DNA from: the human T2T-CHM13v2.0 reference genome, Homo sapiens
Assembly (NCBI RefSeq): GCF_009914755.1
Contig: NC_060930.1
Strand: one strand, 5' to 3'
Length of the DNA stretch: 64,000 nt
How positions within the stretch are numbered: position 1 is the stretch's first letter; the number at the start of each line of letters is the position of its first letter. The notes under the pieces were generated by a model. That model was not told where the DNA came from and searched no databases. It saw nothing but the letters and a program-made list of their open reading frames with translations. Shown here piece by piece: positions 1-14,036 of this stretch. Position numbers and translations under genes: made by a program.

Positions 1-100
1 GATGGGGCTTCACCATGTTCTTCAGGCTGGCCTCGAACTCCTGACCTCGTGATGCGCCCGCCTCGGCCTCCCAAAATGCTGGGATTACAGGAGAGCCACC
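1..100 (-). mobile_element. Alu, partial (cut by window edge)
   Basis: Antisense Alu left-arm sequence (ctcgaactcctgacctcgtgat...gctgggattacagg...gagccacc). Confidence 0.9.
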
Positions 101-110
101 TCGTCACGCA

Positions 111-388
111 GTGCAGCCCCCACACTATTTACAAATACAGTACCTGAGGGCCGATATCCCAAAGCTAAGGCTTATCAAAGGCCTGCGAAAAGACAGACAC
201 CGGGCACCACCAGCAGTTGGCCATTCTCAACGACCAGCTGCACAAGATCGTGGGCCGGAAGCACCTTGGGCATGCCACGTACTGCTCACAACCAGGACGG
301 GATGTGCTCAGGAAGTCACCTCAACGCTAAAGTAAACTAAAGCATTTACACCACATCCCTGTGCCAGAAATAAAATTTTTTCAGGGCC
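111..388 (+). pseudogene. Highly degraded 3' part of a histone H2A pseudogene with a relic stem-loop (possibly part of H2AC9P)
   Basis: 138-167 reads [10 protein letters not shown] (H2A EYLTAEILEL). 208-258 reads HQQLAILNDQLHKIVGR (H2A HLQLAIRNDEELNKLLGR). 314-340 reads SHLNAKVN* (H2A SHHKAKGK*). 373-388 aaattttttcagggcc keeps the loop and 3' arm of a histone stem-loop. Confidence 0.75.
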
Positions 389-654
389 ACTTTTAAGCGC
401 CGCGCTTTAACAGAAATCGGCCGGCCAATCACACACCACCGCGGGAATTTGAAGAAAAAGTAGGACCTGGTGGCTCAAGTAGCCTTAGCTATCCGGTGAC
501 TGTGGCTGAGACTGAGACGGAAGGATCCTTGCGCCCAGGCTGCTGGGAGCTGTTAATAACTGACCCCCAACCAGCACGACTAGGATAGACCGTGGCCGCA
601 CAACACCGCAGCACCCGCACCCCTCTCCACCCCACTCCCCCCTCCAAAAAGCTT

Positions 655-697
655 CAGCTCTTTTGACTGAGACCTGTGGGTGGCTCTGAAAAGAGCC
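655..697 (-). terminator. H1-3 histone stem-loop and HDE
   Basis: GGCTCTTTTCAGAGCC at 697-682 followed by ACCCA; U7-binding AAAAGAGCTG at 664-655. Confidence 0.97.
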
Positions 698-732
698 GTT
701 TAAAATTTTCAACGGGGAACGTCCCGCCAGTT

Positions 733-1398
733 TCACTTTTTCTTCGGAGCTGCCTTCTTTGCCTTTGTAACCTTCGGCTTCCCCGACTTAGGCTTGGCCG
801 CCTTGGGCTTAGGGGCTTTGGCCTTAGCTGGACTCTTGGCAGCTTTTTTTGGCTGAGGTGTTTTCACCTTTTTCGCACTCTTGGCCACTTTCTTGGTCCC
901 AGCAGCGGTTGCTGGCTTCTTTACCTTCTTAGGAGTCTTTTTGATGCTTTTCTTCGGGGTAGCGGCGCCAGCCACCTTCTTGGGCTTCTTGGCTGCCCCA
1001 GCAGGCTTCCTAGGCTTGGCTGCGCCAGCCTTTTTGGCCTTGGGTTTGCCTTCCCCGGAAGCCGCTTTCTTGTTGAGTTTGAAGGAGCCAGAAGCACCGG
1101 TACCTTTGGTCTGCACCAGGGTACCTTTGCTCACCAAGCTCTTGAGGCCAAGCTTGATACGGCTGTTGTTTTTTTCTACATCGTAGCCGGCAGCCGCAAG
1201 CGCTTTCTTAAGCGCGGCCAGAGAAACGCCGCTGCGCTCCTTAGAAGCTGCCACTGCCTTGGTGATAAGCTCAGATACTGGGGGTCCGGATGCTTTGCGT
1301 TTCCCAGCAGTTGCGCCTGCCTTCTTCGCCTTTTTCTTCACAGGTGTTTTTTCTGCGGGTGCAGGAATGGTAGGAGCAAGTGGAGCAGTCTCCGACAT
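733..1398 (-). CDS. H1-3: Linker histone H1.3
   Basis: 221-aa [20 protein letters not shown]... with the globular domain ([12 protein letters not shown]...[13 protein letters not shown]) and Lys/Ala/Pro-rich tail; intronless; stem-loop downstream. Confidence 0.98.
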   Translation of the reverse strand: MSETAPLAPTIPAPAEKTPVKKKAKKAGATAGKRKASGPPVSELITKAVAASKERSGVSLAALKKALAAAGYDVEKNNSRIKLGLKSLVSKGTLVQTKGTGASGSFKLNKKAASGEGKPKAKKAGAAKPRKPAGAAKKPKKVAGAATPKKSIKKTPKKVKKPATAAGTKKVAKSAKKVKTPQPKKAAKSPAKAKAPKPKAAKPKSGKPKVTKAKKAAPKKK

Positions 1399-1476
1399 GT
1401 TTTTGTCTTCCCAGAAAAGACAATAAGTAATCTCAAACTGTCAGAACAGCATGTCCTCTACGAGGGAGGCTGAGGG

Positions 1477-1571
1477 TTTATATAGAGAGACGCTGAGTGA
1501 TGATTGGTTCCTTGCTCCATGCGCGGCGCTGCTGGAAAAGGACTCCTCGTATCTACCGCGCTGCTGTGTTT
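1477..1571 (-). promoter_or_regulatory. H1-3 promoter: TATA, CCAAT and H1 (AC) box
   Basis: Minus strand CTATATAAA (1485-1477), CCAAT (1507-1503), AAACACA (1571-1565) in the canonical H1 order. Confidence 0.88.
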
Positions 1572-3017
1572 GTTGCCCCTTAAAAAAGAGTAAAAATATA
1601 AGAAATCTGGGCATGAAATAATTAGAGACTTGGGGGAAACTGATCCGAGAGAGTTCGGGCTTCATTCCTGCCTTTGTTTCTATGCATAGTTTTAAAACCG
1701 GCATCTTGAAACTTTTCTTATTCCCCCAACTCTCTTTCAAACTTCGGTCAAATCGAGACAACTTTCATGTTTTCCTTAAAAATACTATTTCTCCCTCTTT
1801 CATTTGCAAATCTCTCTTCCAGGGCATTGTTCTGTGAATTCTTACCGTCTCAACTTTATATAGATAAACTCATTTTTATCCAAATGTGCAGGGAAATTGG
1901 GTTTTTTCGCAGGAACAATAGCACAGGCTCTCTGGAGAGCTGTTTGCATCAACCTCTAGGAATTGGCACTGAGATAGAAAGTTCTATGTACAAGAGGGGT
2001 GATTAGTTTAGAAAAGATAGTTTAAAAAAAAAATAGTATTTGAGTTACCAGTGTGTAAGCTGGATTTGATCTCCATATTTCAGTGGTTTAAACATTTCCA
2101 GAAAGATAAGGGTGAGGCTACATTATTCCTCTTACAGAAAAAAAAGTCCTAAGTAGAGTTACCAACCTTCTCTTAAAAGTTAGGATCATGGATTTTTCCG
2201 ACCTAGAATGGGCATTAAAGATCAACTACCACATCCCCAAAAAAGAAAACTGAACCAACAAATAATAGAATGGCAGGCCAACATCATTTTGGCAACTGTG
2301 AGCATTGAGAGCTTGTGTACATGTTTGTGTCCCATCACTTTATAAATAATTTAATGAAATACACTATTTTTTTGCTAATATTCATCATAGAATTTTGTAC
2401 ATTTTTTATATTTTAAAATCATATTTATAATACAAATTTCCCTTCCTCTTTCTCTGTACAACCTGTTTGAATAACTGGTAAAAGTCACTTTAAAAAAATA
2501 AAATACAAATTTTCAACATTGCAAGTGTGGGCATCAAGGGTTAGAAAGAAAAATATCTGATTTAAATCACTGTAAATTTTCATCATTCTACTTGGCTTTT
2601 TACACACAAAATATGAACTAAGCTGTCACACCCTAAATTAATTGGTTGAATATGTCCACCTAAGGAGCTGAACAAACATTTCAAAGCAAACATGAGTAAC
2701 TTCAGTATTCTTTATCTGTTAGTTTGCAATACAGCTGATGGAATTAGGTTATTATTAAATAATTAAGCACAAAATTGATATTCTCCATCAAGTAATCAGA
2801 TGCTGAAATGAACTCCTATGTTGAAGAAACAAGAGAAGTAGTTTGATGTTATGTTTCTTCTAACAAAAATACTCATTTCAAAAAATCAAGTTATTCTGGC
2901 CTACACTCAATAGTGATTAGAGGATTTTTTCATATAAATCCTAGATAAAATAATCAACTTTAAAGATGTCATCTCTCCTCATTCAACTAATTTCATAAAA
3001 ATTACTTAGCTTGTCTT

Positions 3018-3334
<317 letters not shown>

Positions 3335-4664
3335 TTATTTACTCTCTTGCATGTATTAGAAACAAGTCTCTGGGACTTAAGACCGTGTTATATACCACTG
3401 AAATACAAATGTGGTTTATAAAAAAGCTAAACTTATAGAATTGGATTAGTAGGACCCCACAATTCCAGTAGGGAAGCATTTTATAGGTTTCTGGAGGCAG
3501 GGGCGGTGCATCATTATGGATATCATTTTCAACAGTGATAGTCACAAGCATACTCTAAGTATTTTTTTTTGGGACCATAGCTTTATATTGCCTAGACGTA
3601 AAGGTACAATTAAAATTCAGATTGTTTACTGTTTATTATTTTGATCATTATTGTAGTCTTAATAGTTGTTGAATAATTGTTGGAATTGTTCACCATGTTA
3701 GATATAGTCAATTAACAGATGCCACCATTTCATTCTTGTGCAACACTGACTGGTTCCCATAGCTACTTAGGATCTCAGTAAGTAAAAAGGCATTGGGCTA
3801 ACTAATCTCTGCTCTTTCTGAAGGGCAATAACTGAGACTCAGTTTCACCAACAAAGTTCGCCAGATGTTCAAAGAGGAAAGGGGCTAGGCTACATAAGTT
3901 GGGACCTGGTACTTATCTTCTCTGTAATTGTAGCAAGGACAAGGTTCCTGAAAGCTGGATCACCCCATGGACTGTAAACTTGAAGTCCTGCAAAGTTTCA
4001 CCTATTACTTTGGTAGCCCTCAAAAAGAGTTCTGTGTTGCTTTGGAATCCTAAATCTGAATATAATCTAAAACAGTAGATTTCCCATTACACTGAGGTTG
4101 GAACCATTTATTTTATAGATGCAAAAAGTAGCTAGGAAAAACTAGTTAGATAAGTGATAGCTATCTAACTTAAGGCCCAGTGTTCTCTTCATTTTGTGTT
4201 AACTCCCCCATCCCCACCACCACCATAGTAAATGACTATGAGAGTTGTAGGTAGTATTCAATAGATCAATCCAGTGACACTGTGCTTAAGCATCACACAA
4301 TTCAGATTTTAAAGATTTCCAAAAAAAAAAAAAGAAACTATATAGAATAAATATTAAAAGGGGTGAAAACATATATAGACTATTATAGAAAATAAAGCTT
4401 TGTGTTAGAATCAAACGTGTTCAAAAAGTCCATGAGAAATCACATCGATTGTAACCGTCTATGAGGTAGTCTTACCTGAGGACACTGGCTCCTTGAAATT
4501 CCTCTTCAAGTACAACAGTATTGTGTTAATTTTATTTCCTAAGAAGGCCACTACTATACTCAAACTTACAGTTTTCTCTTTACATGTCTCAGGCATCCAC
4601 CAAACTCCCTCCTCCCTTCTAGACTGGATTAGAAGCTCTTCAGAAGAAACCCCCTTATCACAGA

Positions 4665-5020
4665 TACAGCCCAATAAAACTTTCTGCGATGATAAAAATA
4701 TTCTGTATTAACACTGTCCAATAGGTAGCCACTAACCATATGTGGCTACTGAGTACCGTAATGTGGCTAGAGTAAGTGTGCAAATTAATTTTTAATTTAA
4801 ATTAATTTAAATAAAAATGAGCACATGTTGCTAGTGGCTAATATAGGACAGCAGAGCTTTAAAACAATTATTCTCAAACTTGGAAGAGCATACCTACCAC
4901 CCACTTAGAGATCTCATTAAAAATGTAATATCAATTCCATTGATTTGGGGTTGGGCCCGAAATTCTGTATGTCTAACAAGCTTCAGAGTGATGCCAGTAT
5001 AGCTGGGATATGGCTGCTCC
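4665..5020. mobile_element. MER3 followed by a MER5A-like hAT DNA transposon fragment
   Basis: ccaataaaactttctgcgatgataaaaatattctg...ctgtccaataggtagccac...tgtggctactgag matches recalled MER3; ttctcaaactt...tctaacaagcttcagagtgatgc resembles MER5A. Boundaries approximate. Confidence 0.65.
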
Positions 5021-5862
5021 GCCCTTAAATACCTGACAGTAAGTAGAAGTATGCTGGTCTGATATCTGCCCCCTAACCCTGAGTGTACTTTTCCCTTTAC
5101 TAAACTTTTGAGTTCTTTAAGAGAATAAATGTGATTATCTTTGTAAACCTGGTATTTGTACACTATTCTTGGCATGTAGTGGACATTAAATTGTTGAATG
5201 AATGAATGATGCTTGTTTGGTGCCTACCTCAAAAAGGAGAGCACTTGAGATCCTTGTGTCTATTCCTACAGGTAACTGAACCTAAGCCAAAATTTAAGTA
5301 GACTCTTAACTCCACAAAATGAATAATCTTCTCACTGCTTTTAGGCACCAGCAGAGACGGGATTTTTAAGTTACCCTTGCAGTATATAGGAGGCAATGAA
5401 TGTGAAGCAGTAGACTGTAAGAGTTAATGTTGAATTTTTCTACTACACATACCCTATGATCTGTGTGTAGAACACTTCTTCCGGAATCTTTTATTAGGAC
5501 AGTATTTCACAGAATTTATTAGTATTATTTTTGTTAATTTACAAACCTTTATTCACCATGATTTACCATGTATGCTTTAGTGGCATGAAAGCAGTGGTAG
5601 GTAGCAAGGTAGTGAGACTCCAGAATCGAGCCAACAATACAATGCCATTTATTAGAGGATAATGTCTTCAAGCCTGGGATTCCTTATCTTGACACCTCAG
5701 ATATTGCATTATACATTGAAAAACTAAGAATGAAACTTCAATTAATATTGGTTTCCCTTACTAGAGGTCTTTCTTTATTAGGAATGCCAAAAACGATGTG
5801 AATGTATATGTCTCTGCCAAACGCTAAGTCTCATGATTGGCCAAATTTAAGAAGTATTGCTA

Positions 5863-6497
<635 letters not shown>

Positions 6498-6783
6498 AAT
6501 AATAATTTTATTCTCTTGTCTATCCATTCGGTAGACAAGTGTAGCGTTACTGCCTCCTTTTTGCAAATAATAAGGATTTTAGGAGACAGACATTATCAGT
6601 TCGAGAGCCCACAGGCACTGGACTAGAAGACACAGAAACCTACACTCAAAACCCAAACAAGGAAACAGGAAGGAGTCAAATCAACTTGCATTTCCCCTAC
6701 CCTCACCGCCCCCTTTCCTTCCCAAGGCAATAGTGTAGGGGACGCCCAGTAAGTTACGGAAAAGGCGGAGACAGAGGTTTCGT

Positions 6784-6834
6784 TCCCGCCCCTCCAATTC
6801 AGTCTCCAAAAAGGTCCGCATAATTGATATATAA
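6784..6834 (+). promoter_or_regulatory. H4C6 promoter: site II (HINFP core GGTCCG) and TATA
   Basis: ttcccgcc...ttcagtctccaaaaaGGTCCG (6813-6818); TATATAA 6828-6834. Confidence 0.85.
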
Positions 6835-7203
<369 letters not shown>

Positions 7204-7243
7204 GCCTCACCCCGGCTTTTTATTTAACAGCTCACCCATAAAA

Positions 7244-7284
7244 GGCCCTTTTCAGGGCCACCTCCTTCGTCACACGAAGGGCTG
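7244..7284 (+). terminator. H4C6 stem-loop and HDE
   Basis: GGCCCTTTTCAGGGCC 7244-7259; GAAGGGCTG 7276-7284. Confidence 0.95.
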
Positions 7285-7582
7285 TAACTGATGACGACTT
7301 GGGTTTCGTTTTGTAAATTTGGGATTCTAACTTGAGTTAAACCGAGCCGTTTTTAGCGATCTTCCTAAGATGGCGGATGTGCTAAGGAGAAAGGGAAGGC
7401 GAAACATTAGAAACTTGTTCAGGTATTTCGATCGCAAACATTCACAGGAAAAGATGGTGGAAATGGTTTGGGAATACCAGCAGCCTTTTATGACGTATGT
7501 GATGTGTTTTATTCCCACGTTTCTGAAATTTACTCCTATGTTAGGTGGCTGGGACTTAACTACACTAGCATTACATGTTTAG

Positions 7583-8586
<1,004 letters not shown>

Positions 8587-10087
8587 GCCCAAGTTTTTGT
8601 CTTACCCAGTGAATTCTTTGTTGGGGCACTTACTGTGATTTCAGGTCATTGATAATTTTACTGCTTTATTTCTCAAGTACTGGTAATTTATAACCCAAAG
8701 TGTTTCTCCTTGTGCTTTGTCAACCTACCCGGTTATCACCCGCGATCCTGACTCCTAACGTTTTCATTTTTTCACCATACCGAAGAAGTGGCTTCTCATC
8801 TGTTCTTTTTTTGTCAATGGTAATTCATTACATACACTGTTCCACAAATATTCTTCAACTTGGGGTTTCCTCTTCAAGAAGCCTTTACCTGATTCCTATG
8901 GGCAAAATCGGTGTCTGGGGTTTCCTTACAATTCACGAAGCACACTCTACACATGTCCCTAGCCCTACTTCAGAATTCCCTATACGACTTAGGAGCTACT
9001 GCACACTTAAATAGTTGGCAGTAATTCTTGCCCTCTTCCCAAGATATTTTCAGGTCTTGAACAATGTCTTTAATTTAGTATCCTCAGGATGTAGTATTTA
9101 GTTCATAAATGTTTGTGCAATGACTGAAGGAATCAATGAAATTAAGCTATCTGGGCCATCACCAATATACCGTTATAAAAATCATTCCCCTTTAATTAAG
9201 CAATATCTCTACTCCCACAGAACCATCTTCTCTATTCACCTTTACACAAATGTCAATATTCATGGCTGCCAACAATTTATATTACAGACTTTTTAAAATG
9301 CAGATTGAGATCCATTCACGGGTAATGAAAATAATTTAGTGGGTCCCAACCAGCATATAAAACGTAAATAGAATCCAATATAACAACTAGAAATTATCAA
9401 AGTATCCCATCTAGTAAGTAAAAATATTGTGTCATAAAATTTTAGTTTCAAATAGATGTACTTTTGGTTTTACTTTGAACTTGAAGGAGAAAAGGTTCAA
9501 AAGATACTGGTCCATTTATTTAATGTATATATTTGTCAAATTCTCAGGTTAGGACATTGCCTCACTTCCCTGGGTTTCAGAACTTCAATACTCAGCCTCA
9601 TTTGCAGCTGGAATGCAGATCTGTAACCTAGGCTTCACCAATGAGTCACAGGTTTAAAAGACTTATCTTCAAAAATGGGACCCAGGAGAGAAGAGACTGC
9701 CTAAAGCCTCTGTTTCTGCTGTGACAGATGTCAGATGGGCCAACTTTTGGTAGTAGCAGCAGCCATAGGTTACAGGTGAGTCAAGTTCTGATTCAGAAAT
9801 AACAGGTATGACACACCAGCACCTGACTAGTTCTGCAGCACAGCTTTGGAGTTTGTCCCTGGGAGTGTCATCAGGCGTGGTTCTACAGCCCTCCCAAGAA
9901 TGCTAATATCTATTCAATATCCCTTTAAACATCACAGTTAATGTGCGATTACCAGTCAGCTGGCAACTAAGAATTTAGAGTTTCAAACAAAAAGGGTTTT
10001 AACTATTTTCTAATGGACTTTTGTGTATTTTAGGAATTCGGAGTCGTTTTACAACACTATTAAAAGGTTTTATGCCTTACTATACTT

Positions 10088-10330
10088 CTGGTAGCAATAA
10101 TGCCTCCCCCCCAGATGCCCGCATCTTAATCCCAAAAGCTGCGAATATGTTTCCCTAAATGGTAAAAGTAACTTTCCAATGTTATTAAATTAAGGCTTTT
10201 GAGATTGGATGATTCTGGATTACCTGAGTGGTGCCATTGTAATCACAAGGATCCTTATAAGTAGAAGCGAGGAGAGTCAGAGTCAGAGAAGTGATAAGGG
10301 TAATGGAGTGTGATGCCTTTTGTAAACAGA
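10088..10330 (+). mobile_element. MLT1-type (MaLR) LTR fragment
   Basis: aataatgcctcccccc...cttaatccc...gaatatgtt...ggtaaaag...ctggattacctgagtgg...gtaatcacaagg resembles recalled MLT1D. Confidence 0.6.
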
Positions 10331-13062
10331 GGAAGGGGCCACACTAGTTGCCCTTTGTTTCCTGAAACACATAAAGCTTTTCTCACCTTGAGATTTTCCA
10401 CTTGCATGTCCTCTGGCCCAGAACATCCTTGGCGTGGCTCCCAATCTATGTGTGACTTCACACAAGAGCAGTGATATTTAAGCCAGTCATTTTGGCTACA
10501 ATTCACTGTTTAAACACTATGTCATACTTTACAGGGCCATAGAAAATTATGGCAATTGCTGGAATGTTGTTTGACAGAATAGAGTGGAGAAACCCTGAAA
10601 GGTAAAAAGCTTGGCTTTGACAGAAAAAATAAATAACAATGAGAAAATGTGTATCCTAGAAAGGGTTTTTAAATTCTAGATTGACTCTTGCATTAAAATC
10701 TATTTTTAAAAAGTTTTGTTGTGTTCTGCTTCATGTGTTTGTTGTTGTTAAACAATGATTATTGTGTCGTTTCATTTACCCCTATGAAAGTGAAATAATA
10801 CAAATCAAACATACACCATTATAAGTTAAAAACTCATAGATTGAGAAAGTAAATATTTAATTCTGTGGAATTAAGTATATAAAGTTTTTCTTATATAAGA
10901 GTCTGTAGATCCTGTGTGGTTTACAGAAAAATTTAACTTTGACACCGTCTCTACAAGCTGTTTCCAGTGGCAAGGCAAAGGATTGGCCAAAAAAAAAAAA
11001 AAAAAAAAAAAAACATATAATAGAAACACAGAACTGTTCACGACGTTTATTTTATGAAACATGGAAGTGGTGTCATTTCCTCATAAAGTGTCTTCCAGTA
11101 GGACCTCTAGACTTATTTCCACTTTCTCCTCCAAGCCCTGGGCTTTGGGAGACTAACTGTATGGTTCTGACCAATATGCTACCCAGACCTCCACCTTCTG
11201 GAAGGATTCAGCCAGTGGAAACCCCATGCAGGAGACTGGAGGAAAGGAGGAAAATGAGATGGGGTATTTATTCCCCAGTTTCCCTTTCATTGGCTGTTAG
11301 CAGCATCTCTCCAGACCAGGGATCCCTCTCTCTGCAGCTATAGCAATTGCTTCCCATGCCCCTTCAGGGTTATAAGTGATCCTTACTAGACCTGGATGGA
11401 GGCACTACTTTTTTAGTTTTCTGTATCCTGCCCTTAATTTGCAAATAATTTCTTTAAGAAACCCTCCTCCAATTATCCCATGTGAGTAGGCTACTTGTTT
11501 CCTGTCTTGACCTTAGCAGAACCCAATATTTTCACTACACAGCACAAAGTTTATGGCCATAATATCCAAAAGAATTGATGTAACTTAAATGCAAGTTTCT
11601 CCATGTCACACCTCATTAACATGCTTCCAACAGCATAAGGTTAATTCTCAGTTTCTCAATTTGCAAGAGGAGGCCCTCCTCAATCAGGCAACTGCCAGGC
11701 ATGCATCTTTGGTCATATATGTATTCCCAGTCTCCATGGCATCAAACTACTTATTGCCCCTTGTGTCTTCACACTAGTGGAGACCTACCCTCTCCCAACA
11801 GTACCTGAAATGCCCTGTTCCCATGTCCCTCCCCTCTGGCTAACAGCTGATCATGATGAGTGAGAGCAAGAGGAATAAATGTGCCTGCATATGACAAGTG
11901 TCATGCGGCTCAGTGTCCTGCTACTTGCATCCTCTCTCTGCAGACAGGTCTTTTACACTTACCTGTTCAGAGACCTCTCCCGTGATGGCACCAGAGTTTG
12001 TAACAGTTTATTATGTTAATTTTTCCCAAATTTTTATTATAAAAATATTCAGAATAAAACATAACAAAAGATGGGTTTATCAGTCATCCACTACCTACAT
12101 TCAATAGAGTGGATTTTACCACCATCCGAAAATAAATGACAGACTCATGAGAATTTACACCTACACACTTCAGCATCTAACCCCTAACAATAAGGGAAAT
12201 TCCATGTAATCTCAATATATCAAACCTTTCTTTAAAAACTTACTAAAATGACCTGTTATCCAGTTCACGTTCAAGTTTCCTTGATTATCTCCAAAATGCC
12301 CTTTAAAACTTTAGAGACAGAATGCAATTAATACATTTAGTTGCTATGTTACTTTAATCTCCTTCAAACTTAAAGTCCTCCAATTTTTCTCGGTGGCTTT
12401 TTGAACAAAGCAATTGTCCCAAATGTTCCACATTCTGGAAGGTTTTTTCCCCCTCTTGAGATGTTTAATTGGCTCTTTGACCCCTGTACTTTCATAAACA
12501 GTAAATTGAGACACGAATTATTGCAGTTACACCTTATCAAGGTGTTTCTATATTTACGATGGATCACAAGCAAAGGCACGAAACAGGTAAACTTCTTTTA
12601 GTGCTGCTAAATTAGATCATTGAACTAGCAAGGGGGCCAGTCCCTCCACTGCAGACACATTTGTCAGAACGGCACCTGGCAAGTTTGTGCTAATTATTGT
12701 GTATTCTCTGGTTATTGAAATTGCTTATTAAGCAGAATATAAAAGTCGGGTTATCTTGGCACTAAAACTACAATTTTAATTACGGAGGGTAATCCTAACA
12801 GTAAGGAGAAAAACACACTACCATAACCACATTTTGAGAGCTTTTAAGTGACAATGTAGCCGTTGATGTCCTCAGCCAGCCCACCAGATTTCTAATCTCT
12901 GAACACATGATTAACTTACCACCTGTATTCCATGTTGTATGTCAGCCTTGGCGTAAATTTATACTTTACAGCATTATACACCTAACAGCTTTTGGGCACC
13001 TACAGCAATAAAACACACAATATTGCTGAGTGCGTTAGTTAAGTTTCCACAATGTCAAACGT

Positions 13063-13103
13063 GAGCCCTTCGGAAGAAAACGTACGCGGCCCTGAAAAGG
13101 GCC
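13063..13103 (-). terminator. H4C7 stem-loop and HDE
   Basis: GGCCCTTTTCAGGGCC 13103-13088; GAAGGGCTC 13071-13063. Confidence 0.9.
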
Positions 13104-13152
13104 ATTAACGATATTGCAAGGAAAGGCCTGGCCTCACTTAACCGCCAAAGCC

Positions 13153-13449
13153 TTACAGGGTTCTTCCCTGGCGTTTGAGCACGTAGACCACGGCCATGGC
13201 GGTGACCGTCTTGCGCTTGGCGTGCTCCGTGTTGGTCACGGCGTACCAGATCACATTTTCCAGGAACACCTTGAACACCCGGCGGGTCTCCTCATAAATG
13301 AGGCCCAAGATGCGCTTGACACCGCCATGCCGGGCCAAGCGCCGGATAGTGCACTTGGTAATGCCCTGAATATTATCGCTCAGTACCTTGCGATGGCACT
13401 TGGCACCGCCTTTCCCAAGGCCTTTTCCGGCCTTGCCCCGAACAGACAT
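13153..13449 (-). CDS. H4C7: Histone H4 variant H4G (H4.7), 98 aa
   Basis: [10 protein letters not shown]...KRQGRTL*: 15 substitutions versus H4 (G2V G6A R17C R23S P32C A33T R40H S47L G56R L58F R67W D68Y Y72N D85A A89V) and a stop at Y98. ATG at 13449. Confidence 0.95.
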   Translation of the reverse strand: MSVRGKAGKGLGKGGAKCHRKVLSDNIQGITKCTIRRLARHGGVKRILGLIYEETRRVFKVFLENVIWYAVTNTEHAKRKTVTAMAVVYVLKRQGRTL

Positions 13450-13503
13450 GATAAACAAGTCAGAACTATCTCTAAACAAAACGATTACTCGCTTTCCGCA
13501 GCC

Positions 13504-13562
13504 TTTTATATAACGGTAGAGTAGACCTTTTTGAAAACTGAAAGACCAGGAAAGGCGGGAAA
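13504..13562 (-). promoter_or_regulatory. H4C7 promoter: TATA, altered site II, E2F-like motif
   Basis: TATATAAAA 13512-13504; ttcagttttcaaaaaGGTCTA (13527-13522); TTTCCCGCC 13562-13554. Confidence 0.8.
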
Positions 13563-13740
13563 ACGTATTCAGTCCCCGCTCATCTACTTCTAGTAATAAC
13601 AAGACATAAGAAATTCTCTTGTAGTAGGGAGATTTGCTGGCATTTAGAGAATAAGGATCTCTAAACGAAAGTGTCAAACATGTACCTAGAGGAAAGTATC
13701 TCGATTTTTGATGTCTGTATGTGTTTAAAGATTTACTCCT

Positions 13741-14036
13741 GGCCGGGCGCGGTGGCTCACGCCTGTAATCCCAGCACTTTTGGAGGCCGAGGCGGGCGGA
13801 TCACGAGCTCAGGAGATCGAGACCATCCTGGCTAACACGGTGAAACCCTGTCTCTAATAAAAATACAAAAAATTAGCAGGGCGAGGTGGCGGGCGCCTGT
13901 AGTCCCAGCTATGCAGGAGGCTGAGGCAGAAGAATGGCATGAACCCCGTGGGGTGGAGCCTGCAGTGAGCCGAGATCACGTCACTGCACTCTAGCCTGGG
14001 CAAGGGCGAAGCCCGTCTCAAAAAAGAAAAAAAAAA
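13741..14036 (+). mobile_element. AluY-family insertion with TSD
   Basis: AluY diagnostics (gagatcgagaccatcctggctaacacgg, agaatggcatgaaccc); TSD aaagatttactcct on both sides. Confidence 0.92.

Noticed and set aside
676-1473. 265-aa and 101-aa ORFs antisense to H1-3, and similar antisense ORFs over H4, H3 and H2B genes
   Set aside because: Shadows of histone codon usage, which leaves few stops on the opposite strand; low-complexity products with no independent signals.
13450-13677. N-terminal extensions of histone ORFs in the ORF track (H4C7, also H4C6, H3C7, H2BC9, H2BC10, H2AC10P)
   Set aside because: They start at non-ATG codons and/or at or upstream of the TATA/TSS region; the true starts are the canonical ATGs.
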